Below are positions 1-10,213 of a stretch of 64,000 nucleotides of DNA, piece by piece. The notes under the pieces were generated by a model. It saw only the letters and a list, made by a program, of their open reading frames with translations. It searched no databases and was not told where the DNA came from. Every line of letters begins with the position of its first letter. The stretch's first letter is position 1. This DNA is from a virus (taxonomy: Duplodnaviria; Caudoviricetes). The position numbers and the translations under genes were made by a program. The stretch is from positions 1 to 64,000 of IMG/VR virus record IMGVR_UViG_2922690425_000004, one strand, 5' to 3'.

Positions 1-123
1 ATGTTGAAAAAAGTGGTAATGCTGATCGTTGCGAGTAGTTTTTTGTTTACCTTAGCTGTACCTATTTATCTGGACAGTCATAATGGAGGATTTCAAGTCT
101 TTGCAACACATGGAGGAGCATAG
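1..123 (+). CDS. Secreted signalling pro-peptide (RRNPP-type, Phr/AimP/AloP-like), 40 aa
   Basis: Hand translation MLKKVVMLIVASSFLFTLAVPIYLDSHNGGFQVFATHGGA*: basic N-terminus, hydrophobic core, short Gly/His-rich tail. Any receptor gene would lie upstream, outside the window. Confidence 0.7.
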   Translation: MLKKVVMLIVASSFLFTLAVPIYLDSHNGGFQVFATHGGA

Positions 124-212
124 CAATATAGTTGGAACATTTAGGTTTATTGCTAACTATTTGATTAGTGTTAAATTAATTACACTTAATCACGTTGTAG
201 AGGTTTAGTGAT

Positions 213-253
213 AAAAAAAGGGGAACCCTCATTAATCTTGAGAGTTCCCCTTT
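213..253. terminator. Bidirectional intrinsic terminator ending the late operon
   Basis: AAAAAAAGGGGAACCCTCA-loop-TGAGAGTTCCCCTTT between convergent genes. Confidence 0.8.
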
Positions 254-257
254 GATT

Positions 258-671
258 TTACTGTTTTACTGGTGTTGCTGCTACTGATGTATCCAATAAT
301 CGGATACCTTTATGGACTAGAATTTCGATTAACTTCAATTCTTTATCGGTTGGTGTAACTTCCAGCCTATTCAACAATCCATCAACTGTTTCAACGACTA
401 CCTTTTCCTTTTGTTCAAATGTCAAAGTATCATTGGAATAATTATGTACATATTCAATTACTTCACTTGCCACATCTAAAACAAAATTAGCTTTGCCTTT
501 ATGCTGTTCAGCAATTGGAAGAACCTCTAAAATCAAATTGCCTACATCGACACTCCCAAGAATACTATCCGTATCACTCAGATTAACACCTCTTTTTTTA
601 AACCAAGCAATAACCAATACACCAATTAGTACAAACAACACTGTTCCACCAATTACATATATATCATTCAT
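258..671 (-). CDS. Membrane protein of the lysis module (possible second holin)
   Basis: Single N-terminal TM helix followed by KKR; last gene after the endolysin. Confidence 0.45.
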   Translation of the reverse strand: MNDIYVIGGTVLFVLIGVLVIAWFKKRGVNLSDTDSILGSVDVGNLILEVLPIAEQHKGKANFVLDVASEVIEYVHNYSNDTLTFEQKEKVVVETVDGLLNRLEVTPTDKELKLIEILVHKGIRLLDTSVAATPVKQ

Positions 672-703
672 TAAATTTCACCCTTTTTAATTATATTTAA
701 GTA

Positions 704-1573
704 TTATTTAAAGAAGCCTTTGCGGTACAGCACAGTAATTAAACGGTAAAAATCATAGCTACCGCCTGAAGTTGTATCTACAGCACCAGCATTCTTTGCT
801 GCTACACATGCTTCCATTGCCCAATCTGGAATCTTATCCATAGACAACTTGGAGGTCAATTGTTTCACTTGTTCTTGCAATGCTTGAAAATCTGCTTGTT
901 CTTGGATTGTCATAGGTTGATCTCCCTTGCTAATATTTTTATTTTGAACTTTCAATCTATTCAGTTCTTCCTGTATCTGAGGTAGAAAGTTCTTTTTAGC
1001 TGTTGCTACTGTATTCCCATCTCCCCAGAAATTCGTACCCGGACATGCCTTACTTGATTTGCCGGGAGTGAAATCACTAAGGCGTATACCAGTCCTAGTA
1101 AACCAACTATGATAGACAATATGATCTGTATTAATAGGAAGGTTAAATCTCTCAGCTAAACAGGCGTAGAGGTGAATAATGGTCTTCTTTTGTTCATCTG
1201 TGATTTTGTCTCCACCAGAATCAAAGTTGCCCACATTCTCGACACAGATACATTTATTATTAAAACCTCTAATCCCAGCAGGAATTCTATTTAGAGGTCT
1301 ATCAAGACTAATTGCAATTTGTCCGTTTTCTAGAGTCGTAATATTCTGTCCAGTAGCAGCCCAACCTTGGGATAGGTGATAGTTCCTCATTCCCTCTAAA
1401 CATTTAAATGTATCTTGTTGGGCAATTCCATTTACCATTTTTCTTGTGGAGTAATTAGGTGAAGCAGTGTGATGAACTTGTAAAAATTGAATAGTGCGAG
1501 TAACGACTTGTTTGCTTAGCCATTCACGGAACTCATTTCGCTCCATAAGTAAGAAGTTGCCTTGTTGAATCAC
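704..1573 (-). CDS. Endolysin, N-acetylmuramoyl-L-alanine amidase (Amidase_2) with C-terminal cell-binding domain
   Basis: VHHT, IVYH and KACPG zinc-amidase motifs; adjacent to holin. Confidence 0.85.
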   Translation of the reverse strand: MIQQGNFLLMERNEFREWLSKQVVTRTIQFLQVHHTASPNYSTRKMVNGIAQQDTFKCLEGMRNYHLSQGWAATGQNITTLENGQIAISLDRPLNRIPAGIRGFNNKCICVENVGNFDSGGDKITDEQKKTIIHLYACLAERFNLPINTDHIVYHSWFTRTGIRLSDFTPGKSSKACPGTNFWGDGNTVATAKKNFLPQIQEELNRLKVQNKNISKGDQPMTIQEQADFQALQEQVKQLTSKLSMDKIPDWAMEACVAAKNAGAVDTTSGGSYDFYRLITVLYRKGFFK

Positions 1574-1579
1574 TTTAAA

Positions 1580-2017
1580 TCACTCTCCTTTATTGTCAGC
1601 GTTATTTTTCGATTGTCTATTCTTCAATACTGCAATGATTTGTTTGATTTGAGGAGGAACAAGGAAGCCGATTCGTCCTGCATTTTCAGTAATACTAATC
1701 AGCTCATTGCTTATGTAAAACCAAATGGTACCCATCATAAATATTGACATGTCTAAAACAATGTCTGCTCTATGAGCAATAACAATGATGATTAACATAA
1801 AAGCTTTTTTTGCAAGTCCTATAAATCCTCTTTTGCTGCTAAGTCCAGCATTGGGAAGCCCTTTTTTAGCTTCAACGATACTTGCTATAAGTCCAGTAAC
1901 ATAATCAGCCAAGATCAGTAACGTCAAAAATTCCAGCCAAGCGTTCCATCCACCAAAAAAATAACCAAACGCGCTACCCAAGAAGGCAAACATTAAACTC
2001 AATAATTTATCATACAC
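1580..2017 (-). CDS. Phage holin (Phage_holin_4 family)
   Basis: DYVTG, GLSSKRGFIGLAKK and NELISITENAGRIG..VP motifs. Start moved to the GTG at 2017, which follows an SD. Confidence 0.85.
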   Translation of the reverse strand: MYDKLLSLMFAFLGSAFGYFFGGWNAWLEFLTLLILADYVTGLIASIVEAKKGLPNAGLSSKRGFIGLAKKAFMLIIIVIAHRADIVLDMSIFMMGTIWFYISNELISITENAGRIGFLVPPQIKQIIAVLKNRQSKNNADNKGE

Positions 2018-2085
2018 ACATCTTTCCTCAATTCTTGTAATATAAAAGACTCTCCATTGAGAAGAGTCTTCGTAAAATGTCTCTT

Positions 2086-3921
2086 TTATAAAATGTACCA
2101 ATACACACCAGATGAACGCCCCTTAACAATAATGAAGCTGCTTAAGTCGCTTACATCTCTTTTTCTAATCTGAGCAACAGCATTTAAATCAATTTCACTC
2201 GCTAATCTTGGATATAGGAAGCCGCCTAAGTCTGGTCTACTAATCATTACTTTAGACTCAACATTGTAAACATTTTTGATATCTACTATGGAATCCAAAT
2301 CACTCTTCTGGCGAATATCGATTGTTGCATCTAAATATTCGCGGTTCTTTACATACAGAGAACCCTCAACATCGTAGAAATTCTTAACCTCAATCCATGA
2401 TCCTAAGTCTGGACGTGAAACAATTACATTGGCATCTCGATAATCAAAAAAAGGTACTTGAACAAATGAATCTAAGTCATTATCTCCAACAGCTCTAATT
2501 ACAACGCTACTATTCAAATCAGGCTTGTTTACAACTAAGCTGCTATCTATATCTGAAAATCTCACGCCTTGAATCATTACAGTGGATTCAACATCACTAT
2601 TTATACGCTTATACTTAGATACAGTTAAGCTTGCAATCGTTTCTGGTCGTGATACAGTAATGAAGCTATCAATTGTAGATTCTCGCCTGTTTGCTACTGT
2701 TAGCTCACTTTCAAGGCTCATCTTAGGATCTACCGTTACCCTTGCTCCCAAATCAGGTCTGGATATCATTACTGATGAGTCGGGTGCAGATGTTCCAAAG
2801 TTAGCAACACTAATAGATGCAGGTATGTCGCTATTCTTGCGATACACAACTTTTAATGTACTGTTTATGTCTGGTCTGGAGATTGCTAATGTTGAGTCGG
2901 TATCATGCTGCATAAAATCTTTGTACTTGTGGACATATAAAGAAGCAGGAAGATAACTAAATCCAAAATTACTTTTAATCGTAAGACTACCTGTTACTTC
3001 TTTTCTACCAGCACCATAAACGAATAGAGTAGAATTTAGATCTCCTCGTCCAAAACTATAGTTCTGTGACGTAATATATTTAAGCTGAAGAACAGGGGCC
3101 TTAAGCGATTCTCTTGTATTAAAATAAGTTGGGTGTGAACTTTTCGATTTAATAATAAGTCCATAATTGATTAGCGATTCATCCTGCCAACGTTTAACCA
3201 AGTCAAACACATCGAATTCAATGTACTTATTCGTTCTATTGATGGTGTAAGAGTCTAATAATAGCTCAGTTCCATAAGGCTTATTGGCATATGTAATACC
3301 ATACTCACGCCAAAGCGTATTCGGCTGATACACTTTAATATCCGTGTCATCCGTAAAACTTCCACTATAATATAATCGTAACTTTGCATCTTCGAGTTTA
3401 TTTAGATCTGGTACAACAACTTTCAAATCACCAAAGTTTACAAATGACTCGAACTGTTCTGTGTCCGACTGTCCGATCATCATGGATTGCGTGTCGCCAT
3501 AGTTGACCGTTTGCAAGTCTAAACGACTACGTGTTGTAGCATCCTCGATTGGCTTTAAGTCCTTGGTGACTCTAGGAGCTTCCATTAATTCAAACTTGCC
3601 CAATAATCGATTATGAGGTCTAACCTCTAATGTACCAGACAAATAGTTGACAGAGGTTGATTCTAATACTGAATTGATTTCAGCATTACTTCTATATTTG
3701 ATATCTAATTGACTGCTAACGTCTGCTGATCTCTGAACACGTATAGTAATCGTTGTATCTACAGTTGTTTCTCTACGATAAGCAACCAACATTTCAGAAT
3801 TTACTTCATTTATTTCTTGTCGATAGAGTACAAATTTACCCTCCATACGATTGGAGGGCGATTTTATAAATATTTCACCGCCTAAATCATTATATGTATC
3901 CAAATAGTCACTTCCTAACAC
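2086..3921 (-). CDS. Tail fibre-like protein with DNRLRE/CBM96-type domain and beta-repeats
   Basis: EDAT..NYG..AKLRLY..WREYGITYANKP..DLVKRW..NYGLII pattern; repeated (I/V)SRPDL units. Confidence 0.65.
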   Translation of the reverse strand: MLGSDYLDTYNDLGGEIFIKSPSNRMEGKFVLYRQEINEVNSEMLVAYRRETTVDTTITIRVQRSADVSSQLDIKYRSNAEINSVLESTSVNYLSGTLEVRPHNRLLGKFELMEAPRVTKDLKPIEDATTRSRLDLQTVNYGDTQSMMIGQSDTEQFESFVNFGDLKVVVPDLNKLEDAKLRLYYSGSFTDDTDIKVYQPNTLWREYGITYANKPYGTELLLDSYTINRTNKYIEFDVFDLVKRWQDESLINYGLIIKSKSSHPTYFNTRESLKAPVLQLKYITSQNYSFGRGDLNSTLFVYGAGRKEVTGSLTIKSNFGFSYLPASLYVHKYKDFMQHDTDSTLAISRPDINSTLKVVYRKNSDIPASISVANFGTSAPDSSVMISRPDLGARVTVDPKMSLESELTVANRRESTIDSFITVSRPETIASLTVSKYKRINSDVESTVMIQGVRFSDIDSSLVVNKPDLNSSVVIRAVGDNDLDSFVQVPFFDYRDANVIVSRPDLGSWIEVKNFYDVEGSLYVKNREYLDATIDIRQKSDLDSIVDIKNVYNVESKVMISRPDLGGFLYPRLASEIDLNAVAQIRKRDVSDLSSFIIVKGRSSGVYWYIL

Positions 3922-3936
3922 CGCATTGTATTGCGA

Positions 3937-5988
3937 TTATACTACCACTTTGTTTGAGTTAATCTTAAGTTCGAATATACCATTTGGTACTGGCTTGGCT
4001 TCTATATCCGCTACAATCCTCACATAGAATTCCTGTGTTTCTAAAGGTTTGGTAAGCCCATATGTAATATAATCTGTTGCTAAAAATGGAGACTGAGTAC
4101 GTGATAATTCTATTGTTACACCTTCAGGCAATTTCTCTTTATTTACCTCAAGCAACAAATTATCAATAGGGTATCCAAGTTGATTCTTGATTACAACTTT
4201 TTGATCCAATGTAGTTTGACCTGCAAAGATCATACCAAAATCCAAATACTTTAGGATTCCTCCAAATGTATCGGATAGATACTCTCCAGACTCATCCATA
4301 AACATTAACCCTGTGTATGTTCCTGCAAAGGTTGTTTGCCAGTAATCTGTATTGCCCCAATAATCCTTAAATTCCACACGTAATTTATTGTCTTTATCAA
4401 AGAACATATCTCGTTCGGATATGTTGAGATTGATATCAACTGGAGATGGAGCAAGGCGAGTAAATGAACCATCATTCGGGAAGTAGGGGAGATCGTTCAG
4501 TAATACACGATACTGTACTTTACCTTTATCTTCGTCATTAACTTGTCCAAGAATCTTACCGCTGTTAAACGAAATTTGGATAGTAGCTTCAGTATTGAGA
4601 ACATAAAAAGATAAATTCTGAAATTTGGTGTCGTCAACATTTGCTTTGATAGCCAGTTGAGTGGCATCAATTTTTGTTGGGTTTAGGGACTCTTGGAGTT
4701 TGTCTTCTATGTAATATCCAAATCTAACTTTGTCACCCTGATTCTTAAAATCACTTTCAACTAGCTTTGAGATTTCTTTATACGACATTGCTTGCTTTTT
4801 AATTATGTTCAAATCATCAACAATTACTTCTATCCACTTACCATAACGATACGCCTTCCATGTCAAACCAGAATCAAATGACAGCAAAAACTTTGCATTA
4901 TCACTAGCACTCTTGAGTATCGTAATCGCCTGAAGGGAACCGGGTAGAGTGAAGTCGTTAGATTGTTTGATGAACTGACCGACAGGTAAAGCACCCAGCG
5001 AGAGATTAAATGGATTATTTGATTCATCTGTCCAAGTGACAACTTCAAAGTTGTTATGGATATCGTCTACTGGGGAATAATTAGCATTATACTCTAAAGA
5101 GGCTGTTGTCTTAGTTAATTCATCGGTGTAATAGAGAACATCTACATTGTCGCCAAGCTCGTCATAAAGAATGAAAGGTTCAGTTTCTAGCGAGATGGAC
5201 GATTCAGTCTGTTGTGGGTTATCCGTGTATTCAATAATATTGATCTCTTTATCTTGCCATTCCTCAGCAAGAGTAAATGGGGTAGTCTCAATAGTGAATT
5301 GAGCTTCTAGCTTATAAGGATCATCTGTGTAATAGCACAATTCAACATCGTCTTGAAGTTGTTGCCAAGCTGATTCAGGAATACCTGAAATATCGTTCAT
5401 ACCTGAATTGAGAAACTCTTCTTCTGTTGGCTTTTGCCCTGCTATATTAGCGTCAACAAAATTACTACCATCAAAGACCTTGTATTTATTATTATTATAA
5501 ATCAAATACTTTTTTTCATATTCTGGTGCCAACATCTCAATTTCGTAAATGTATAAATAATAATACATGCCGTTGTTTTGAGTAATATTCAACCTATAGT
5601 TACTATACCAATTATCATTTTGAAAATTGTATTCCCTTTTTTGTGTAGTACCCCACACTCCACCTGCCCAATTGGTTTGATCTGTCTGAGTATCTAATAC
5701 AGTCCAATTTCCCCCGTCATTCGAACCTTCGAACGTCCAATTCTTTGGAGCGCAAGTTCCATCTTCACCACCAGCTACTATAGTATACTTTTTTATATTC
5801 TGAGCTTTGGCGAAAGTGTATTGAATTACTGCTTTGTTAATCCCTCTGCCAGTTTTCCAAATAGTATCTGTATTCCCATCAAACGCCATCCATGCGTCAG
5901 TGAATGTACTATCAACAGAAGTCGCACTTACTACTCCACTTGGAGCAGTATTAGATGTCATAGATGGTATTACATTTTTTAAGTACAC
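3937..5988 (-). CDS. Tail/receptor-binding protein with discoidin (F5/8 type C, CBM32-like) domain
   Basis: PSMTSNTAPSG..AFDG..PKNWTFEGSND..YRLNI; about four ~35-aa YTD/WTD repeats. Confidence 0.7.
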   Translation of the reverse strand: MYLKNVIPSMTSNTAPSGVVSATSVDSTFTDAWMAFDGNTDTIWKTGRGINKAVIQYTFAKAQNIKKYTIVAGGEDGTCAPKNWTFEGSNDGGNWTVLDTQTDQTNWAGGVWGTTQKREYNFQNDNWYSNYRLNITQNNGMYYYLYIYEIEMLAPEYEKKYLIYNNNKYKVFDGSNFVDANIAGQKPTEEEFLNSGMNDISGIPESAWQQLQDDVELCYYTDDPYKLEAQFTIETTPFTLAEEWQDKEINIIEYTDNPQQTESSISLETEPFILYDELGDNVDVLYYTDELTKTTASLEYNANYSPVDDIHNNFEVVTWTDESNNPFNLSLGALPVGQFIKQSNDFTLPGSLQAITILKSASDNAKFLLSFDSGLTWKAYRYGKWIEVIVDDLNIIKKQAMSYKEISKLVESDFKNQGDKVRFGYYIEDKLQESLNPTKIDATQLAIKANVDDTKFQNLSFYVLNTEATIQISFNSGKILGQVNDEDKGKVQYRVLLNDLPYFPNDGSFTRLAPSPVDINLNISERDMFFDKDNKLRVEFKDYWGNTDYWQTTFAGTYTGLMFMDESGEYLSDTFGGILKYLDFGMIFAGQTTLDQKVVIKNQLGYPIDNLLLEVNKEKLPEGVTIELSRTQSPFLATDYITYGLTKPLETQEFYVRIVADIEAKPVPNGIFELKINSNKVVV

Positions 5989-6016
5989 TTATTTACCTCC
6001 TTTCGATTTTATACCC

Positions 6017-7192
6017 TTATGTAATGGTCGCACCCTTAATTAGTGTTTTAGTTGTGTCCACAGAATGTCGAAACACTTTACCAGAGCCTACAATAGTTGA
6101 GTTCTTACTTACATATCCTTTGTGTTTTACAGTGTCAGATAAATCAATTTGAGCAGATTTATCTAGCCCATGTCTAATAAAATCATCTTCCTGAATTAAA
6201 GATAAAGATTTAACTGTTGAATAAGAAATAACTCCATACATTTCAATTTCATCAATTTCCAAATAGCTTATATCGCCATTTATCTGCTCTGTATTTAGTC
6301 TGTACTTTTTATAGTTCCCCGATTTAGAGATAGTGAAAATTTTCTTCGTTCCGCTAACCCAGTCCGTTACACTTTCTCTTTGATCTAGAAGCACCCATTG
6401 ACTGCCTGTATGTCCCTCAATAGTCCATTTCTTGGGTGCGCGAGACACACTGGCAGGCTTAATTGCATAGCTTTTGATTTCAGTTAAACTTGAAAATTCA
6501 TAACTTATCCATGCAGGCAGGGAGGCATATGAAGTCAACCATGTTCCATTTCCACCGCTAACACCATCAAACACTCTATATGGATAATTAGTCCCCCACG
6601 TACTACTAGCTTCAACTATACCACTAGGAGTATTATTGCTTGTCATTTTAGGTATTAAAGTTGTATCACTTATTACCATAGGTGCATAAGCAATATATTG
6701 ATTATCAATAGATAATAGAAATTTATCATCATATATGTACTCGTACATCTCCCAACCCGTCATGGTAATCCTAGCATGGTTTCCGCTAATACCATTTATG
6801 TTAAGTCTGTAACACTGATAAGACTGTTTATTGTCAGTCACATACTTTTTCGTTTGACTTGCTGTCCAACCTGTTTGGTTAGATTGTGTGTCAAGAACAG
6901 TCCAATTCGTATCATCATTGGAACCTTCAAACGTCCAGTTTTTTGGAGAACCCTGATACTCTGTAGAATGTGATGTTATATTGTAATTTTGTACAACAAT
7001 CGGGCTGGAGAATTTATACTTAATCCATCCTGCAATTGTGTTATTAGTTGCCCAGTAACTACCTGTTCTATCAAATGCCCTCCAAGCATCATTTGTGCTA
7101 GGATTGTATGTTGAACTAGCACTAGCCACACCTGAAGGCGTTGCTGCTGAAGTCATGGCTGGTACTGCATTGGTGCTTGAAAGATGCCCCAT
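6017..7192 (-). CDS. Tail fibre protein with two discoidin domains
   Basis: Two copies of MTS..PSG..PKxWTxEG..YRLN; shared C-terminal GKVF motif. Confidence 0.7.
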   Translation of the reverse strand: MGHLSSTNAVPAMTSAATPSGVASASSTYNPSTNDAWRAFDRTGSYWATNNTIAGWIKYKFSSPIVVQNYNITSHSTEYQGSPKNWTFEGSNDDTNWTVLDTQSNQTGWTASQTKKYVTDNKQSYQCYRLNINGISGNHARITMTGWEMYEYIYDDKFLLSIDNQYIAYAPMVISDTTLIPKMTSNNTPSGIVEASSTWGTNYPYRVFDGVSGGNGTWLTSYASLPAWISYEFSSLTEIKSYAIKPASVSRAPKKWTIEGHTGSQWVLLDQRESVTDWVSGTKKIFTISKSGNYKKYRLNTEQINGDISYLEIDEIEMYGVISYSTVKSLSLIQEDDFIRHGLDKSAQIDLSDTVKHKGYVSKNSTIVGSGKVFRHSVDTTKTLIKGATIT

Positions 7193-7207
7193 AAAATCGC
7201 TCCTTCG

Positions 7208-8656
7208 TTATTTAAGCGTTATACTATTTACTCTGTACCGATTCATGTCAATGACATGTGTAAATGTTTTGCCAGCACCAAAACTAACGTTTGATGACCG
7301 TACATCAATAAGTTTATTTAAACGGTTGCTTAAGTTTAGTGCACTGTCAAAGTTCATTCCGTATTTTTGAAATGACGATTCATTGCTATCTGGAATTTCA
7401 ATTAAGCTGGAGATGTTCAATAGTTCAAACATCTTTAGTTCCCCAATACTTGTGTAGTCTGTAGCTCCATTGTTTGCTGTCCAGTTGATTCTATAAGACA
7501 TAAACGCCTTAATATTATCAATTTCAAATACCTTATCAGTTGTGGGAGTACTCCAAATTTGTTTAGATTGTCTGTCTAATACTTCCCACTTCCCATCAAA
7601 TCCATTTGTGCTATCATTGGAACCTTCAAATGTCCAGTCTCTAGGTAAACGCTTATAGTAGCTACTCAGTGTTCCATTTCGAACTGCATATTGGCTTATA
7701 ATTTTAGGAGACGTAAATTTATATCCTAAGAATCCAACACCGCCCGAACTACTTGTAGAACAGTAGCCTTCATTTTCGTCAATTTGGTTGAAGGCTAAAT
7801 AAGCTTCATTGACCCCCATCGCACCTTTTGAAAAAGCCAATCCAGACGGTGCAGCATTGTTTGTCATTTTGGATATGATTGTTGAGTCTGAAATTTTTTT
7901 TGGGATAGTCGAAATGATCTTATTATTTGTTTTGAGTATTACTTTAATATACTTAAGACTTCCCCATGCATAATCGCCGTTGTATACGCCATTCGTAGTT
8001 GTTTGAGTAGTTGGATTATAATCATCATCAAAAGTTGTGACTATGTTTCCATCATCAGACGTAAAATTAATGGCTATTACACAATTAATAAAATCCCTAA
8101 CAGCAGTATCTTTACTAGAAAAAGTAGGTAGAAAAGAACAATTAATATATTCCAATTTTTTTACTGTTGCACCAGCAGAATTACCAGCAAAAATAGGGTA
8201 CGTCGTAGGAGAGTGAGGCTTGTTATCCCATACGCAATTTCTGAACGAGAGATTAATGACTGAACCATCAAAGAAATACTCATATGTTCTGCCATCATTA
8301 CCCGGTGAAGGTCTCTGTATGATAAGCCCGATAAATGTGTTAGTCTTATTCATAATGAACCCACCAGCAGTGACATTTGTCAAACTGAGGATGACGCGTT
8401 TAGCCTTATCTCTAAGTGTAATTGTCGCTATAGTGATCTCGTAATTAGCATTAAGCACTGATGTAAGTCTTGGCTCTGTATATGTTCCTTCTTTAACAAT
8501 ATAGATTAACGTTTTATCAGCAGTAACAGAAGCGACTGCTTTACTTATTGTCTTAAATGGAGAAGTAGCAGATCCAGTATTTGTATCCAAACCTGTTATT
8601 CCATCTACATATAAAACTTTAGTAAATGAATCAATAAATCCACCAAAACTAGGCAT
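7208..8656 (-). CDS. Tail fibre protein, beta-helix-like (DUF1565-like) N-terminus plus discoidin domain
   Basis: LYVDGITGLDTNTGSATSPFKTISKAV..EGTY; C-terminal PRDWTFEGSND. Confidence 0.65.
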   Translation of the reverse strand: MPSFGGFIDSFTKVLYVDGITGLDTNTGSATSPFKTISKAVASVTADKTLIYIVKEGTYTEPRLTSVLNANYEITIATITLRDKAKRVILSLTNVTAGGFIMNKTNTFIGLIIQRPSPGNDGRTYEYFFDGSVINLSFRNCVWDNKPHSPTTYPIFAGNSAGATVKKLEYINCSFLPTFSSKDTAVRDFINCVIAINFTSDDGNIVTTFDDDYNPTTQTTTNGVYNGDYAWGSLKYIKVILKTNNKIISTIPKKISDSTIISKMTNNAAPSGLAFSKGAMGVNEAYLAFNQIDENEGYCSTSSSGGVGFLGYKFTSPKIISQYAVRNGTLSSYYKRLPRDWTFEGSNDSTNGFDGKWEVLDRQSKQIWSTPTTDKVFEIDNIKAFMSYRINWTANNGATDYTSIGELKMFELLNISSLIEIPDSNESSFQKYGMNFDSALNLSNRLNKLIDVRSSNVSFGAGKTFTHVIDMNRYRVNSITLK

Positions 8657-8685
8657 TTTTTATCACCACTTTCTGTATAAAATCG

Positions 8686-8943
8686 TTATTTTATAATGAT
8701 GCTTGTAATGTCGAAATACTTCTTCAGGTCAATTGTAGATTTAAATACCTTACCTGATACGAGTGTTCCATTGTCGCTCATAGGTTGAGAAATTGTTTTA
8801 ACAGTCCGATTTAAGATACTTAGATCATCCATACCCTTTGTCATAAAATTATCTTTAGTAGGGGAGGATGTAGTAACTGTTTGCCATGCTCCATTTAAAT
8901 AGGTTTTATATGTTCCGTTGTCATTAATTAAATGTTTTTGCAT
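8686..8943 (-). CDS. Small tail-fibre-associated protein made of the shared C-terminal module only
   Basis: Start at ATG 8943 after AGGAGG; FMTKGMDD..GKVFKSTIDL motif shared with neighbouring fibre genes. Confidence 0.55.
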   Translation of the reverse strand: MQKHLINDNGTYKTYLNGAWQTVTTSSPTKDNFMTKGMDDLSILNRTVKTISQPMSDNGTLVSGKVFKSTIDLKKYFDITSIIIK

Positions 8944-8957
8944 TACGTAAAGTCCTC

Positions 8958-9536
8958 CTAACTTTGGACACTTGACAGAGAGTCGACTTTCTTCCATGTA
9001 GATTTATCAATTGTTGTTCTATATAGTTGTCCATCTTCAGTCCAAGCCGAGTCCTTGACATAATCTAGCGTGTAATTACGTTTCATCTCTAAGTAATCAT
9101 TGGATGTATTTAGATAATCATTGGTATAGCGATCATCGTTAAACTCATCGACGGTGAAGTTAAGATTCTCAGTAGGAGAACTGAACAGCTCAATCTTGAT
9201 ACGTGCATATGTATTTGTAGGTGATTGGATAGAACCATCGGTACCAACTTCTGCATAAGGAGACCATTCGATACCATCAATTGAAGATTGCGTATAAATT
9301 TTAAATGTTGAAGTTGTACCATTAATAATTGTATTTTTTACAATCTTTTCAAAGGCTTTGATCTTATCGGCAATGTAAATCATATCTGATTGCCAAGAAC
9401 CACTTGAAGCATAAACTATCTTACCTGTGTTACTTTTCTGTAGTTCTACTAGTTGAAGCTTGCCGTCTTTATAAACAGTGTTTTCATATTTACCTTTGGA
9501 TAAATCTATTGGGATTCCAATCTCACTTATAGTCAT
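8958..9536 (-). CDS. Phage tail/baseplate protein, hypothetical
   Basis: Beta-rich; coupled to neighbouring tail genes. Confidence 0.5.
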   Translation of the reverse strand: MTISEIGIPIDLSKGKYENTVYKDGKLQLVELQKSNTGKIVYASSGSWQSDMIYIADKIKAFEKIVKNTIINGTTSTFKIYTQSSIDGIEWSPYAEVGTDGSIQSPTNTYARIKIELFSSPTENLNFTVDEFNDDRYTNDYLNTSNDYLEMKRNYTLDYVKDSAWTEDGQLYRTTIDKSTWKKVDSLSSVQS

Positions 9537-10151
9537 TTATCTCAGCTCCCAATGGATATTGCCACTCATGTTAGCTTTAAGTGGAGCACGTATCTCTTCA
9601 GAAACAATCCCATTGCAACGAATGATTAGTTTGCCATCAAGATCTTTATTGGAAGTAATCTTGATTTGGAAATACGTTATACCTCTTAATGGCATAGAGC
9701 AAATGCATTGGAAATTAATATTTGCATCTAACAACAACATTTCTTTTTTGTATCCAATGTTATATTGTTCAATTCTACTATCGAATTTCCCATGTTCTTC
9801 TCTGGTTAATAGGCTGGCATTGGATGAAGCATCTTTGTATTGAATGATGTCGTTATACAGGAAGGTTCGTCCTGTTAACTGATATTCATTTTCTTCTGTT
9901 GCGTATGAAATCATAAAACGATCACTATTAACGTTGAATATGCCGTTAGCAACATCAAAATATACTTGTGACCCTTCACCAATATATCCAAAGGCAAGTA
10001 GCTTTTCTTTATTTATAGAGTAAAAATTATTGTATTGATTAATCTGTGTGTCATATTCAGATAAAAAAGTATTATCCCAATAATCCGCTACCCAAATATA
10101 ACTCTGATGAGGGAGAGGAGAGTATCTATATTGCATGTTACCTAAAATCAT
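9537..10151 (-). CDS. Phage hypothetical protein (tail module)
   Basis: AGGAGG SD; position in the tail operon. Confidence 0.5.
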   Translation of the reverse strand: MILGNMQYRYSPLPHQSYIWVADYWDNTFLSEYDTQINQYNNFYSINKEKLLAFGYIGEGSQVYFDVANGIFNVNSDRFMISYATEENEYQLTGRTFLYNDIIQYKDASSNASLLTREEHGKFDSRIEQYNIGYKKEMLLLDANINFQCICSMPLRGITYFQIKITSNKDLDGKLIIRCNGIVSEEIRAPLKANMSGNIHWELR

Positions 10152-10167
10152 CTTGTACCTCCTAGAA

Positions 10168-10197
10168 AATAAAATGACAGGGGTTATCCCCTGTCAT
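10168..10197 (-). terminator. Intrinsic terminator after exon 2 of the intron-containing gene
   Basis: Perfect 10-bp stem ATGACAGGGG/CCCCTGTCAT followed by a T-rich tract on the minus strand. Confidence 0.8.
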
Positions 10198-10213
10198 AAA
10201 CATCAAAATTTGC

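Noticed and set aside
3937-8656. Diversity-generating retroelement or shufflon acting on fibre genes
   Set aside because: No reverse transcriptase, no adenine-specific TR/VR pair, and no inverted cassettes or crossover sites seen.
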